DNA of 64,000 nt from positions 64,001-128,000 of the forward strand of contig JBKBRF010000002.1 in NCBI GenBank assembly GCA_046292385.1, in the 5' to 3' direction. A program made the position numbers and the translations under genes. Shown piece after piece: positions 39,317-49,400 of this stretch (the first letter of the stretch is position 1; each line of letters starts with the position of its first letter). Under the pieces are notes generated by a model. It was not told where the DNA came from and did no database searches. It saw only the letters and a list, made by a program, of their open reading frames with translations. Source of the DNA: Armatimonadota bacterium. GTDB taxonomy: Bacteria > Armatimonadota > SYMT01.

Positions 39317-40261
39317 TCAGTGGTGGACGAGGAGCTCGACCAGGTGCCGCACCCAGAACCCGGCGGCCAGCATCACCACGAGCGAGACGCCGAGCGGGGC
39401 CAGCGGGAGCGCGGCCCGGTGCTCCGGGCGCTGGAGGAGCGCCGCGACGCGGCCTTCCAGGTCGTCTTCCGCCTCGGCGAAGGCGCTCGCGCCCACGAGC
39501 GGTCCCGGCATCGGCTGGGAAAGCTGCGCGACGCGGAGGAGGGTTGCCGCCACGTCCTCGCGGCTGCTCACCACCGCGGCCGCGTGGGCATCGCACGCCC
39601 GCTCAGCACTCCGGCGCCAGTCGCGGAGCAGGCGCCCGGTGCCGGGGAGCGGCACCAGGGCATAGAAGCAGGCGAGCGACGTCTCGACGAGACGATCCCG
39701 GCGGCGCAGATGCGCTTCCTCATGCGCCAGGACGACCGCCAGCTCCTCGGGGTCGAGCTGCTCCCACAGGGCGCTGGTGATCACGATCCTCGGACGTGCC
39801 ACCCCGAGGGTGAAGCACCCGGGCCAGGAGGAGGGAAGCCGGTAGACCGGCCGCTCTTCCCCCGGAAGACGGACGACCGCCTGGGCCAGCGCGGCCCCGA
39901 ACGCGTGCTGTCGGGAGAGCCGAAAGACCAGTCGCACCACCAGCACGGAGAAGAGCCCGAGCAGCGCCAGGTTCGCGGCGTGGAGGGCGACGTGGATCTC
40001 GTGGACGCGGAGGAGCGCCTGCTGCACCGAGTGCCAGAGAGCGTGCCAGGCGGAAAGGAGACCCGGGCCGCTGGGGTGGAAGGCGGCAGCTACCGGCACC
40101 ACCAGGACCGCCAGGATCGGGAGGTAGACCGGCCAGTCAGCTCGCGGCTGCGTCCGGCCCTCCGGCAGCCATCGACGGACGAGGCGCGCCAGGGCGAGCC
40201 CGACCAGCGCGGCCGCGTAGAAGGTCGCGATCCCGCCGATGAGGCCCGGGAGCTCAGGCAT
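39317..40261 (-). CDS. M56 (BlaR1-like) membrane metallopeptidase
   Basis: TM helices; RPRIVIT, ELAVVLAHEEAHLRRRD, AERACD. Confidence 0.88.
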   Translation of the reverse strand: MPELPGLIGGIATFYAAALVGLALARLVRRWLPEGRTQPRADWPVYLPILAVLVVPVAAAFHPSGPGLLSAWHALWHSVQQALLRVHEIHVALHAANLALLGLFSVLVVRLVFRLSRQHAFGAALAQAVVRLPGEERPVYRLPSSWPGCFTLGVARPRIVITSALWEQLDPEELAVVLAHEEAHLRRRDRLVETSLACFYALVPLPGTGRLLRDWRRSAERACDAHAAAVVSSREDVAATLLRVAQLSQPMPGPLVGASAFAEAEDDLEGRVAALLQRPEHRAALPLAPLGVSLVVMLAAGFWVRHLVELLVHH

Positions 40262-40691
40262 CGCGCTGCTCCCGGCTGCGCTCCACCGCTTCCCGGAGCA
40301 GGGCCAGCTTCTCGTCCGAGAGCACCGAGCCCGGCTGGACGAAGAACGACGCCACCGCTTCCGGGAACTGCTCCACCAGCCGGTCGAGAGCCGTCGCCAC
40401 GATCCGCTGCTCCAGCTCCTGCCGGGAGACGAGCGCGGCGTAGAGGTAGGCCTTGCCTTCTTTCTCTCGGGAGAGGATGCCCTTCTCGGAGAGCCGCTCC
40501 ATCGTCGTCTTCACGGTGTTGTAGGCGACCGACGCGTCAGCGGGAAGGGCGGCGTGAACTTCACCGACGTTGAGCGGAGTCTCGTGAGCCCAGACCACTT
40601 CCATGACGGCAAGCTCCAGGTGCCCGAGAGGAGTCGATTCACCGGTCCGGCCCGGGACGAAACGGCGGAGTAGCTGCCGGGGATGCTGCAT
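40254..40691 (-). CDS. BlaI/MecI/CopY-family repressor
   Basis: LGHLELAVMEVVW, AYNTVKTTMERLSEKGIL.R...GKAYLY; ATG 40691 lies 6 nt after a TATACT -10. Confidence 0.92.
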   Translation of the reverse strand: MQHPRQLLRRFVPGRTGESTPLGHLELAVMEVVWAHETPLNVGEVHAALPADASVAYNTVKTTMERLSEKGILSREKEGKAYLYAALVSRQELEQRIVATALDRLVEQFPEAVASFFVQPGSVLSDEKLALLREAVERSREQRDA

Positions 40692-40697
40692 ATCCGG

Positions 40698-40732
40698 AGT
40701 ATATGGCTGCGGATCTACTACCGTCAATCGTA
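40698..40732 (-). promoter_or_regulatory. Leaderless promoter (TTGACG-N18-TATACT-N6-ATG) overlapped by a BlaI-type operator
   Basis: TACTAC-N5-ATCGTA dyad at 40716-40732 covers the -35. Confidence 0.78.
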
Positions 40733-40779
40733 GTTTCAGCGCCGAAGCGTGCGCCTGCTAGCCGCACGCTCCGCGGACT

Positions 40780-42741
40780 TCAGCGGCCGAGGGCGCGCTT
40801 TCCCGCCTCCAGCAGCTCCAGGATCGCGTCGACGTCGTAGACGCAGCCGCCCCAGGTGCCGCCGCCGGCCTGCTGGAGCGCCGCCCAGAGGCGGGTGTCG
40901 TCCGGCAAGTCGGGGTCCGGGGAGAGGTCTTCGCGCGGGGGCCGCGCCGCCAGCACCCGCGCGCCCTCTTCCGGGGTGAAGCGGCGGTCGCCCTCACCGA
41001 CCAGGTCGAGCGAGCCTTCCAGCCGGTTGCGGTCGACCACGATCCGGACCCGGTCTCCCTCGCGCAGGCGGCCGATCGGTCCGCCCGCCAGCGCCTCCGG
41101 GCCCACGTGGCCGATGCAGGCGCCGGTGGAGACGCCGGAGAAGCGGGCGTCGGTGATCAGCGCCACCTCTTTACCGAACGGCAGGTGCTTCAGCGCGGAG
41201 GTGAGCTGGTAGGTCTCCTCCATGCCGCTGCCGAGCGGGCCGCGGCAGATCAACACGAGGATGTCGCCCGGCCGGATCTCCCCCGCCTTCACCGCGGCGA
41301 TGGCGGCGGCTTCCCGCGTGAAGACCCGGGCAGGCCCTTCTTTGCGGTAGACGCCGTCCGCGTCGACCACCGACGGGTCGATGGCGGTGCTCTTGATCAC
41401 GGAGCCTTCCGGCGCGAGGTTTCCGAGCGGGAAGGTGACCGTGCTGGTGAGGCCGCGCTCGCGGGCCACGTCCGGCGCCATGATCACGTCGTCCGGGTGC
41501 ACCCCGTCCTTCTCCAGCAGCACCTGCCGCAGCCGCGCGCGCCGCTCGGAGGTCTCCCACCAGTCGAGCAGGTCGCCCAGGCGCTGACCGGCCACGGTGA
41601 TCGCCTCCAGTTCGAGCAGGCCCATCCGCCGCAGGTGCAGCATCACCTCCGGCACCCCACCCGCCAGGAAGAAGCGGACGGTCGGGTGGCCGCTCGGGCC
41701 GTTCGGGAGGACGTCGACCAGCCGCGGCACCTGCCGGTTGATCTCGGACCACTCCGCGACCGTCGGCCGGGGCAGCCCGGCGGCGTGCGCCACCGCCGGC
41801 AGGTGGAGCAGCAGGTTGGTGGAGCCGCCGACCGCCGCGTGGACCACCATCGCGTTCCGGATCGCGCCCGGCGTCAGGAGGTCGCGCGTGCGGAGGCCCT
41901 TCGCCTCCAGCTCGGTCAGCGCCTGCGCGGAGCGGACCGCCGCGTCGACCCAGATCGGCTGTCCGGACGGCGAGAGGGCGGCGTGCGGCAGCGTCATGCC
42001 GAGCGCTTCCGCCACCACCTGGGCGGTCGCCGCCGTGCCGAGGAACTGGCAGCCACCGCCCGGGGTGGCGCAGGCGCGGCAGCCGAGCTCCGCCGCTTCC
42101 TCCAGCGAGAGGACGCCGTGCGCGTAGCGCGCGCCGATCGTCTGCACCTTCCCCGCGTCCTCACCCCGCTCCGGCGGGAGCGTCACACCGCCGGGGACCA
42201 GGATCGTCGGGAGGTCGTGCATCGCGGCGAGCGCGATCATCATCGCCGGCAGACCCTTGTCGCAGGTCGCCACCCCCATCACGCCGGCGCGGGTCGGCAG
42301 CGAGCGGATCAACCGGCGGAAGACCATCGCGGCGTCGTTCCGGTAGGCGAGGCTGTCGAACATCCCGGTGGTGCCCTGGGAGCGGCCGTCGCACGGGTCG
42401 GAGACGAAGCCGGCGAACGGGATCGTCCCCCGCCGCCGCAGCTCGTGCGCCGCCGCCTGCACCAGCAGCCCGATCTCCCAGTGGCCGGTGTGGTAGCCGA
42501 GCGCGATCGGGCGGCCGTCCGGCGCGCGGATGCCGCCCAGGGTACTCAGGAGCAGGTACTGCTTCCGGTCCAGCTCCGACGGCTCCCAGCCCATTCCCGC
42601 GTTCTGGGTCAGGCCGAAGATGTCCCCGCTGGGACGCTGGATCAACATCTCGCCGGTGAGCGGCAGCTTACCCTGCGGTCCGGGGGCGCAGGTCTGGACG
42701 TCGAAGAGCTCCGGACTGGTACTGGTGAGGAGGTCTGACAT
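40780..42741 (-). CDS. YjhG/YagF-family D-xylonate dehydratase (IlvD/Edd family)
   Basis: [74 protein letters not shown]. Confidence 0.93.
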   Translation of the reverse strand: MSDLLTSTSPELFDVQTCAPGPQGKLPLTGEMLIQRPSGDIFGLTQNAGMGWEPSELDRKQYLLLSTLGGIRAPDGRPIALGYHTGHWEIGLLVQAAAHELRRRGTIPFAGFVSDPCDGRSQGTTGMFDSLAYRNDAAMVFRRLIRSLPTRAGVMGVATCDKGLPAMMIALAAMHDLPTILVPGGVTLPPERGEDAGKVQTIGARYAHGVLSLEEAAELGCRACATPGGGCQFLGTAATAQVVAEALGMTLPHAALSPSGQPIWVDAAVRSAQALTELEAKGLRTRDLLTPGAIRNAMVVHAAVGGSTNLLLHLPAVAHAAGLPRPTVAEWSEINRQVPRLVDVLPNGPSGHPTVRFFLAGGVPEVMLHLRRMGLLELEAITVAGQRLGDLLDWWETSERRARLRQVLLEKDGVHPDDVIMAPDVARERGLTSTVTFPLGNLAPEGSVIKSTAIDPSVVDADGVYRKEGPARVFTREAAAIAAVKAGEIRPGDILVLICRGPLGSGMEETYQLTSALKHLPFGKEVALITDARFSGVSTGACIGHVGPEALAGGPIGRLREGDRVRIVVDRNRLEGSLDLVGEGDRRFTPEEGARVLAARPPREDLSPDPDLPDDTRLWAALQQAGGGTWGGCVYDVDAILELLEAGKRALGR

Positions 42742-42775
42742 GTCGAAGCTAGTGGTGGGTCCGGGTACTTCTGGT

Positions 42776-42866
42776 GAGTGGGAGTGGGAGCAAGGGAGAG
42801 TGGGGGAATGGGAGAGCCATTCCCGAGAGCAGCTTCTTATGCTCGCCCTCTCCCCCACTCTCCCTT
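42776..42866. repeat. Inverted GGGAGAGT-type octamer arrays
   Basis: G/A-rich units 42776-42820 face C/T-rich units 42845-42866; the same family occurs at 49931-50018. Confidence 0.65.
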
Positions 42867-42902
42867 GCCAAGTTCACCCAGCAATCGCGGACTGACAGAG
42901 TT

Positions 42903-43712
42903 CTAATAACGGAGGACTTCCTGGCCCGCCTGGTTGGGGGCGGCGCCGCGCTCGGTGCGGCTCAGCTCCGCCTGGGCGCCGGCGACGAGGAAGCGCGCGT
43001 CCGAGGCGACCGCCATGAAGCGGAAGCCCTGGGCGACGCGGCGGTTGCACGCCTCGTGGTTGGCGGTGTGGATGCCCGCGGCGACGCCGCAGCGGGCGGC
43101 AGTGTCGACGATGTGCTGGAGCGCGTGGACGAACTCCGGGTCGTCGGTCTCCATCTTCGGAGTGCGGCCCATCTGGCAGAGGAGGTCGTTCGGCCCGATG
43201 AAGCAGGCGTCGACTCCCGGCACGCTCAGGATCTCCGCCGCGTTGCTGACTCCCTGGGGGCTCTCCGCCTGGACCACCACCAGCACCTCGTCGTTGGCGC
43301 GGGAGTAGTAGGTCGCCGGATCGGTCCCGAAATTGAGCGCGTGGAGCGCCCCGCCGACGCTGCGCATCCCCAGCGGCGGGTACTTCGCCGCGCGGACCGC
43401 GGCCTCCGCCTCTTCGCGGGTGTTGACCATCGGCACCACGATGCCGTAGGCGCCGCAGTCGAGCACCCGCTTGATGTTCTCGGCGGTGTTCCACGGGATG
43501 CGCGCCAGCGGCACCACCCCGCTCTGCGCGATGACGGCGAACATCGCGGAGGCGGTCTCCAGGTCGATCGGCTGGTGCTCCATGTCGACGCAGAGGTAGT
43601 CGAACCCGAGCTGCGCCATGAAACGAGCGGAAACGACGGAGGGGATGCCGAGCCAGGAGCCGATGGCCGGCTCCCCCGCGCGGAGGCGCGCTTTGACGCG
43701 GTTCTGGATCAT
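42903..43712 (-). CDS. HpcH/HpaI class II pyruvate aldolase
   Basis: GFDYLCVDMEH, KRVLDCGAYGIVVPMV, KYPPLGMRS, QAES, FIGPNDL. Confidence 0.93.
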   Translation of the reverse strand: MIQNRVKARLRAGEPAIGSWLGIPSVVSARFMAQLGFDYLCVDMEHQPIDLETASAMFAVIAQSGVVPLARIPWNTAENIKRVLDCGAYGIVVPMVNTREEAEAAVRAAKYPPLGMRSVGGALHALNFGTDPATYYSRANDEVLVVVQAESPQGVSNAAEILSVPGVDACFIGPNDLLCQMGRTPKMETDDPEFVHALQHIVDTAARCGVAAGIHTANHEACNRRVAQGFRFMAVASDARFLVAGAQAELSRTERGAAPNQAGQEVLRY

Positions 43713-43749
43713 GGGGTTCTCCGAAAAGCCAGGACCTCCGAGGCGAAGG

Positions 43750-43889
43750 CTCCTACTCCTACTCGTTCTCCCACTCCTACTCAGAGGCCTGCCGAGTTAC
43801 AGGAGCGCCTACGGCGGAGAGTACGCTTCGAGCAAGAGGAGTCCCCGCACCCGAGGTTCGGCTTCTGCCTTTAGCCTTTAGCCTTTAGC
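43750..43889. repeat. CTCCTA-type hexamer / GAGCA inverted module plus (GCCTTTA)n tail
   Basis: ACTCCTACTC..GCCGA and CGAGCA..GAG..CCCG match 62915-62940 and 63078-63110; heptamers at 43862-43889. Confidence 0.65.
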
Positions 43890-44343
43890 TGCCGTCCGCA
43901 GCAAGGTTCGCCAGGTAGCCCTCGCCGATCAGCACCGCAGCATAGTCGTCTACCGGCACCGGCGGCGTGAGGAGCCCGCGGGGGATCAGGCGGCGCCAGC
44001 CTCGGGGCGGGTTCTCCTGGAAGTAGCGCTCCCGGGCGCGGCGGGTGGTGTGCTCCTCCGCCATCACCTCCAGCGGCAGGTCGAGCGCCTGGAGGTCGGC
44101 GCGAACTTTCCGCGGCGCGGTGCCGCTGCCGACCACCAGCAGCTCCGCGCGGTGCTCCGCGGCCCACTTACGGGCGATGGTGCCGATGACGCCGGCGGGG
44201 ACCACGCCCCGGGCCAGGATGCCTTTGCGCGCGTCGACGACGGCGATCCCGCACTTGTCGCGGCCGGGATCGATGGCGAGCACACGGGGAAGGTCGGCGG
44301 GGGCGAGACGGGGATTACTGAGCGAAAGCTGCCGGGCGGCCAA
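43885..44343 (-). CDS. YqgF/RuvX-like RNase H-fold nuclease
   Basis: VLAIDPGRDKCGIAVV, VVGSGT, EEHTTRRARERYF, PVDDYAAVLIG; start uncertain. Confidence 0.85.
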   Translation of the reverse strand: MAARQLSLSNPRLAPADLPRVLAIDPGRDKCGIAVVDARKGILARGVVPAGVIGTIARKWAAEHRAELLVVGSGTAPRKVRADLQALDLPLEVMAEEHTTRRARERYFQENPPRGWRRLIPRGLLTPPVPVDDYAAVLIGEGYLANLAADGS

Positions 44344-45601
44344 CGGAGCGTACCTCCAGCTCGAAGTGGAGAGGGCCCAACCGGGGGGTGTCCCGCTTGG
44401 CGCGGGCGACGACGGTGACCCGGCCTCCGATCGCCTTGACGCGGTCCGCCATGTCCAGCAGGTGATCCCAGCTCGGCTTGCTGATCACCTCGTCGGACGC
44501 CGGCATGGAGCGGGGCGGCTCGGTCGCCTTGGCCCGCACGCGCGCCTCCACGATGAGAAGCTGCTGCAGGATATCACCCCGGCTGGCGGCTCCGTCCACT
44601 TCTCGCCGCGTAATCTCTTCTCCGCGGAGGAAGACGAGGTCGTTGGCGTAGAGATGCACCACCGCGGGAATCGGCCGCCCCGCCACGCAGTTCTCCTGCG
44701 CCAGCACCAGCACCCGCAGCGGGCGGTCGCGCAGCTCCGGGCGCTGTGCCTGCTGCAGCAGCCACTGGCGGATCGGCTCCATGGCGGGCGACGAAGCGAT
44801 GCGGCCGTCGCCGGAGGCGAGCTCCACCACCGGCGGCTGCTCGCGGAGCTGGGCGCCCTGACGGCTGGCTTCCTCCCGGAACTTCTCCTGCACGTCCGCC
44901 ACCAGCGCCCCCAGCAGGCCGGCCAGCACCTCCGCGGGCGGATTGGCGGGCACCGGCCGGAAGCAGATCTGCTGGTCCCTGCGGAAGATATAGCTCCCCG
45001 CCCGGTACTGGTCGCTGATCTCGCGGAGACCGGCGACCTGCGTTCTCAGCCCCTTCAACTTCCTCGAGAGCTGGTTCTGATGCGCCAGCAGCCGGCGGTT
45101 CCCGCGCTCCAGCCCCTCGTTGGCGGCACGGAGGCTGCCGTTCTCTCCGGAGAGCTGCCGGTTCTGCGCGGTGAGCTTCTGGTTGGCGCCGCTCAGGCGG
45201 GAGTTGTCCTTCTCCAGGCGGGAGTTGGCGGACTCCAGGCCGGCGTTCGCGCTCTGCAGACGCGTGTTTTCCGCCGCCGCCGCCTGGTTTTCCCGGATCA
45301 GCGCCGCGTTGTCGTTCCGCCGCCGGGTATTGTCCTTCTCCAGCTCCCGGTTCTCCGCCTGCAGCGACTCTCCGCGCGTCACCGCTTCCCGGAACCAGGG
45401 GACGGTCACCAGCGCCGCCCCGAACGTGACCCCGGCGATCAGCACGCCGGTGACGATCGTGAGGACGATGGCGGTGTGCTTGGGCCGCAGCCCGAACAGG
45501 CTGAGGCGCTTCTTGCCCAACCGGCGGCCGAGGAGGTCGCCGATGTAGGCAATGAAGCCGCAGAGCGCCAGGAGCAGAAGGATGAGTAACGCGGTGCCCA
45601 T
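44315..45601 (-). CDS. DUF3084 domain protein (N-terminal TM hairpin plus coiled coil)
   Basis: IAYIGDLLGRRLGKKRLSLFGLRPKHTA..TIVTG signature; N..L heptads. Confidence 0.9.
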   Translation of the reverse strand: MGTALLILLLLALCGFIAYIGDLLGRRLGKKRLSLFGLRPKHTAIVLTIVTGVLIAGVTFGAALVTVPWFREAVTRGESLQAENRELEKDNTRRRNDNAALIRENQAAAAENTRLQSANAGLESANSRLEKDNSRLSGANQKLTAQNRQLSGENGSLRAANEGLERGNRRLLAHQNQLSRKLKGLRTQVAGLREISDQYRAGSYIFRRDQQICFRPVPANPPAEVLAGLLGALVADVQEKFREEASRQGAQLREQPPVVELASGDGRIASSPAMEPIRQWLLQQAQRPELRDRPLRVLVLAQENCVAGRPIPAVVHLYANDLVFLRGEEITRREVDGAASRGDILQQLLIVEARVRAKATEPPRSMPASDEVISKPSWDHLLDMADRVKAIGGRVTVVARAKRDTPRLGPLHFELEVRSVGRPAAFAQ

Positions 45602-45777
45602 GGGAAACCCGGGAACTGCCCGCTGCGAAGGCGAACGGAGTCTCCCTCTCTCTCATGACGAGCGAACGGCCGCTCGGGTTGCGACCGGTCCGCCGCACGG
45701 GCGCGGGGCGAGCGCGGGAGGGGAGATGGAGTAAGTATACTCCTGCCTACGAGCGGGAGGCGGGGCGGCGTTCCGCT

Positions 45778-46149
45778 CGTATTCCGTATCGCGTATTGCG
45801 TAGCGGAGTGCTTACTCCGCTTTACGAAGCATCCTGCCGGGCGTGGCGCTGGCGGCCGGTGTTGGCAATCGTGGGCCGTACTGCCGCCCGGGAGCAGTCA
45901 TTCTGACCGCAGGGAAGAATCTCGGCAGCCGTCTCGGCATGGATTACGCATGCCGTGACGAGGAGCCGGAAAGCGCTGGCGGCTACTTCTTTCGCGGCCT
46001 CACCCCCGGCCCCTCTCCTGAGAGGCGAGGGGAGCTATGGGTGTAAGGCAGGCTGACTCCCCCTTCCATACCTTCCCGGTCCGGCAGCGCCCCGCCCGGC
46101 AGGATTTCCCGACACGAGGGATCAGCCCCTCGCTACGCAATACGCAATA
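45778..46149. repeat. Intergenic element bounded by inverted CGTATTG / CAATACG heptamer arrays
   Basis: CGTATTCCGTATCGCGTATTGCGTAGCG at 45778-45805 versus CGCTACGCAATACGCAATA at 46131-46149; internal CCTCACCCC..CCCTCTC..GAGAGG module at ~45998-46032. Confidence 0.7.
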
Positions 46150-46440
46150 CTACGGAAGCTCTTCCACGTCCTGGCAGAGCATCGTAATGCCCGGCTTCAG
46201 GCGGTAGCTGTTCTGCAGGCGGCGGACGGCGCGGTGGATCCGCGGCACCTCTTCGTCCGGGAGCGAGATCAGGGCGATGTGGTTGGTGCCGGGGAAGACG
46301 GGGCTGTTCATCTTGGGGCCCCGCCCGCCCCGGCCGGGCACGTCCCGGATCCAGGTGACGCCGGGCACCTCGAGTGCCCGGAGCAGCTCGTCGAGCGACT
46401 CTTCGATGCCGCTGTCGTAGATGATGGTGAGCAGCTTCAT
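46150..46440 (-). CDS. P-II-like transporter-associated protein (PG0541-like)
   Basis: MKLLTIIY..GVTWIRDVPGRGGRGPKMNSPVFPGTN; ATGA overlap with the RND stop. Confidence 0.75.
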   Translation of the reverse strand: MKLLTIIYDSGIEESLDELLRALEVPGVTWIRDVPGRGGRGPKMNSPVFPGTNHIALISLPDEEVPRIHRAVRRLQNSYRLKPGITMLCQDVEELP

Positions 46441-49400
46441 TCCGCGCCTGCCGGTTCCGGAGCCTCGATCGGAGCGGCGGGGGCCGGCTCCGCCAGCGCC
46501 TGCTCCACCAGGGCGCTGCGGCGGCCCTTCTTCAGCAGCCGCGCCACCCACGCCTGCACGTCGTCGAAGACGCTGTAAATGCAGGGGATGATGATGAGCG
46601 AGAGGATCGTCGACATGATGAGGCCGCCGATTACCGCCGTTGCCAGCGGGGCGCGCGCCTCGTTGCCGCGGCCGACCGCCAGCGCGATCGGCAGCATGCC
46701 GAAGATCATGGCCAGCGTCGTCATCAGGATCGGGCGCAGGCGGGTCTGGCCCGCCTCAACGATCGCCGCGTCTCGCTTGTAGCCGCGCTCCCGCAGCGTG
46801 TTGGAGTAGTCGATCAGCAGGATCGCGTTCTTCTGCACGATACCGGCAAGCATGATGAAGCCGGTCACCGAGATGATGGAGAGCTGCTGGTCCATATAGA
46901 CCAGCGCCATCACGGCGCCGATCACCGCCATCGGCAGCGAGAGCTGGATGGTAAGCGGGTGGATCAGGTTGTCGAACAGCAGCGCCATCAGGAGGTAGAC
47001 GAGCACGCAGGAGAGCAGCAGCGAGAGGATCAGGTGCGGGTACTCCGTGCGGGCGCGGTCGGCGTCACCGCCGGCGGAGACTTTGATGTCGCCCAGCGGC
47101 ATCTTGCTGATCTCCGCCTCGATGGCGCGGTTGATCTCCAGCGGGACGATACCGGGCAGCACGTAGGCGCTCACCGTCGCCTTGCGGAGGCGGTTCTTGC
47201 GCTCGATCTTATTCGGGCCCTCACCCATGCGGATGTCGGCCACCTGGCTCAGCCGGATCGCCTGCGGCCCGTGGTCGGTCATCACTCGCCCGACCACCAC
47301 CGCGCCGACCTCGTCGATGCGGGAGCGGTCGAACTCGGCGAACTGCACGCGGATGTCGAACTGCTCCCCCGCCTCGCGGAACTTGGCGTCGATGTTCCCC
47401 TCGTAGGCGCTGCGCAGCGCGGTGCCGATCTGCGTGACGTCGAGCCCCAGCTCGGAGGCCTTCTCCCGGTCGACCGTCACCTGCGCTTCCGGCTTCCCGG
47501 GGCGGAGGGAGAGGTCCGGGTTGATGACGCCCGGCATCGCCGCCAGGCGGTCGCGGATCTGCTCCGAGACCCCCTTCATCTGGTCCAGGTCGAAGCCGAG
47601 GAGCTCCACCTGCACCGGCGCGGAGATGCCGCCGAAGCCGCGGACCGGCACGATCACCAGCTTTCCGCCCGCGATGCCGCCGATCTTCTCCCGGATCTCC
47701 GCGGCGATGTCGGAGTCGGCCCGCTGGCGCCAGTCCATGATCCGCTTGTGCTCCTCGGTGAACGGGTTGATCGTCTCGAGGAGGTCCGGCTTCTCATAGA
47801 GCTGGATGGAGAGCTGCGCGTACTGGCGCCCCGTCTCCGGCGCGCCGCGCGAGCCGCCCTGGATCCGGCCCACGGTGGTGAAGACCGCGGCGACTTCCGG
47901 GGTATCGGCCACCACCTCTTCCACCTGCTTGGTGATGCGGTCGGTCTCCTCCAGGCTGGCGCCGGCCGGGAGCTCCAGCGTGAGTCCCAGCTTGCTCTGG
48001 TCGTAGACCGGGATGTAGCCGATCTTCATGTGCGGCCCGATCGTCTGCATCGTGAAGACGAAGAAGAGCGCCCCCAGGGCGAAGATCGCCATCCGGCCGG
48101 CGGTCTGCCACCATCCCGCCAGGATGAAGGCGGCCAGCGCGGCGACGCAGATCAGCAGCGTGCCGAACCAGCCCCAGCTGGTGCTGTCCGCCGGCAGCCC
48201 GCCGCGGAGCATCCAGAGCACGGTGCCCGCCAGCACCGCCACGGCGAACCAGCGGGGGGTGTTGAGCGCCCGCTCCAGGACCCGCCGGTAGCCTCGCTCG
48301 ACCCAGTTGAACATCCGCTCCAGCAGCAGGAAGCCGCCGGTCTTGTGCTCCAGGTTCTCGCCGAGCTTGTACCAGCGGGAAGCGAGCCACGGCGTGACGG
48401 TGAAGGAGACGAGGAGGGAGAAGAGGGTCGCCACCGCGACGGTGAGGCCGAACGCCCGCAGGAACTGGCCGATGATGCCGCCCATCCAGAGCATCGGCAG
48501 GAAGACGACCACGTCGACCAGCGTGATGATCACCGCCGCGTGGCCGATCTCACCGCGTCCGTTCAGCGCCGCTTCGGTGGGGGTCTCGCCCTTGTGGAGG
48601 TGCCGGTAGATGTTCTCCAGCACCACGATCGAGTCGTCGACCAGGATGCCGACCACCAGCGAGAGGCCGAGCATCGTCATGCTGTTCAGCGACTGCCCCA
48701 GGAAATACATGGGGATGAACGCCGCGATCAGCGAGAGCGGGATCGCCACCGCGCAGATCAGGGTGCCGCGCAGGTTGTGGAGGAAGAGGAAGACCACCCC
48801 GACCGCCAGGAGCGCGCCGAGGATGAGACTGACGTTGATGTCTTCCAGCGCGTAGCGGACCCGGAGCGACTCATCCTGCGTCACCTGGAAGCGGATGTTC
48901 CCCGGCATCTCCTGCTCGATCCGGGCCAGCTCCTTGTGGATGTTGTCGACCACCTCCACCGTGTTGGCGTCGGAGAGCTTGGAGATGGTGAGACCGACGG
49001 TGTCGGCGCCGACCATCTCTTCACCCGGGTGGTCGCGCATCCAGACGCGGGTAACGGTTTGCCGCTCCGCTACCCCGTCTTCCACCGTCGCCACGTCGCG
49101 CAGCTTCAGCCGCACGGCGCCGGCGCCGCTGGAGACCGGCAGGTCGAGATCGCGGATCTGGTCGACGCTCTGGAACTCCCCGATCAGGCGCGCGTCGAAG
49201 TCACGCGAGCCTTCCGTCACGTGGCCGCTCGGGATGTTCGCGTTCGCGCGGTAGACGGCGCTGACCACGTCGTTGATCGACATGTTCCACGCCTCGAGCC
49301 GCCGCTTGTTCACGGCGATCCGGATCTCCCGCACGTCGCCGCCGGTCACCTCCACCTGTCCCACGCCCGGCACCTGCGCCAGGCGGTAGCGGATCTGGGT

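Noticed and set aside
45050..45360. Tandem repeat inside the DUF3084 gene
   Set aside because: Heptad coiled-coil periodicity (N..L) normal for this family, not a DNA-level repeat element.
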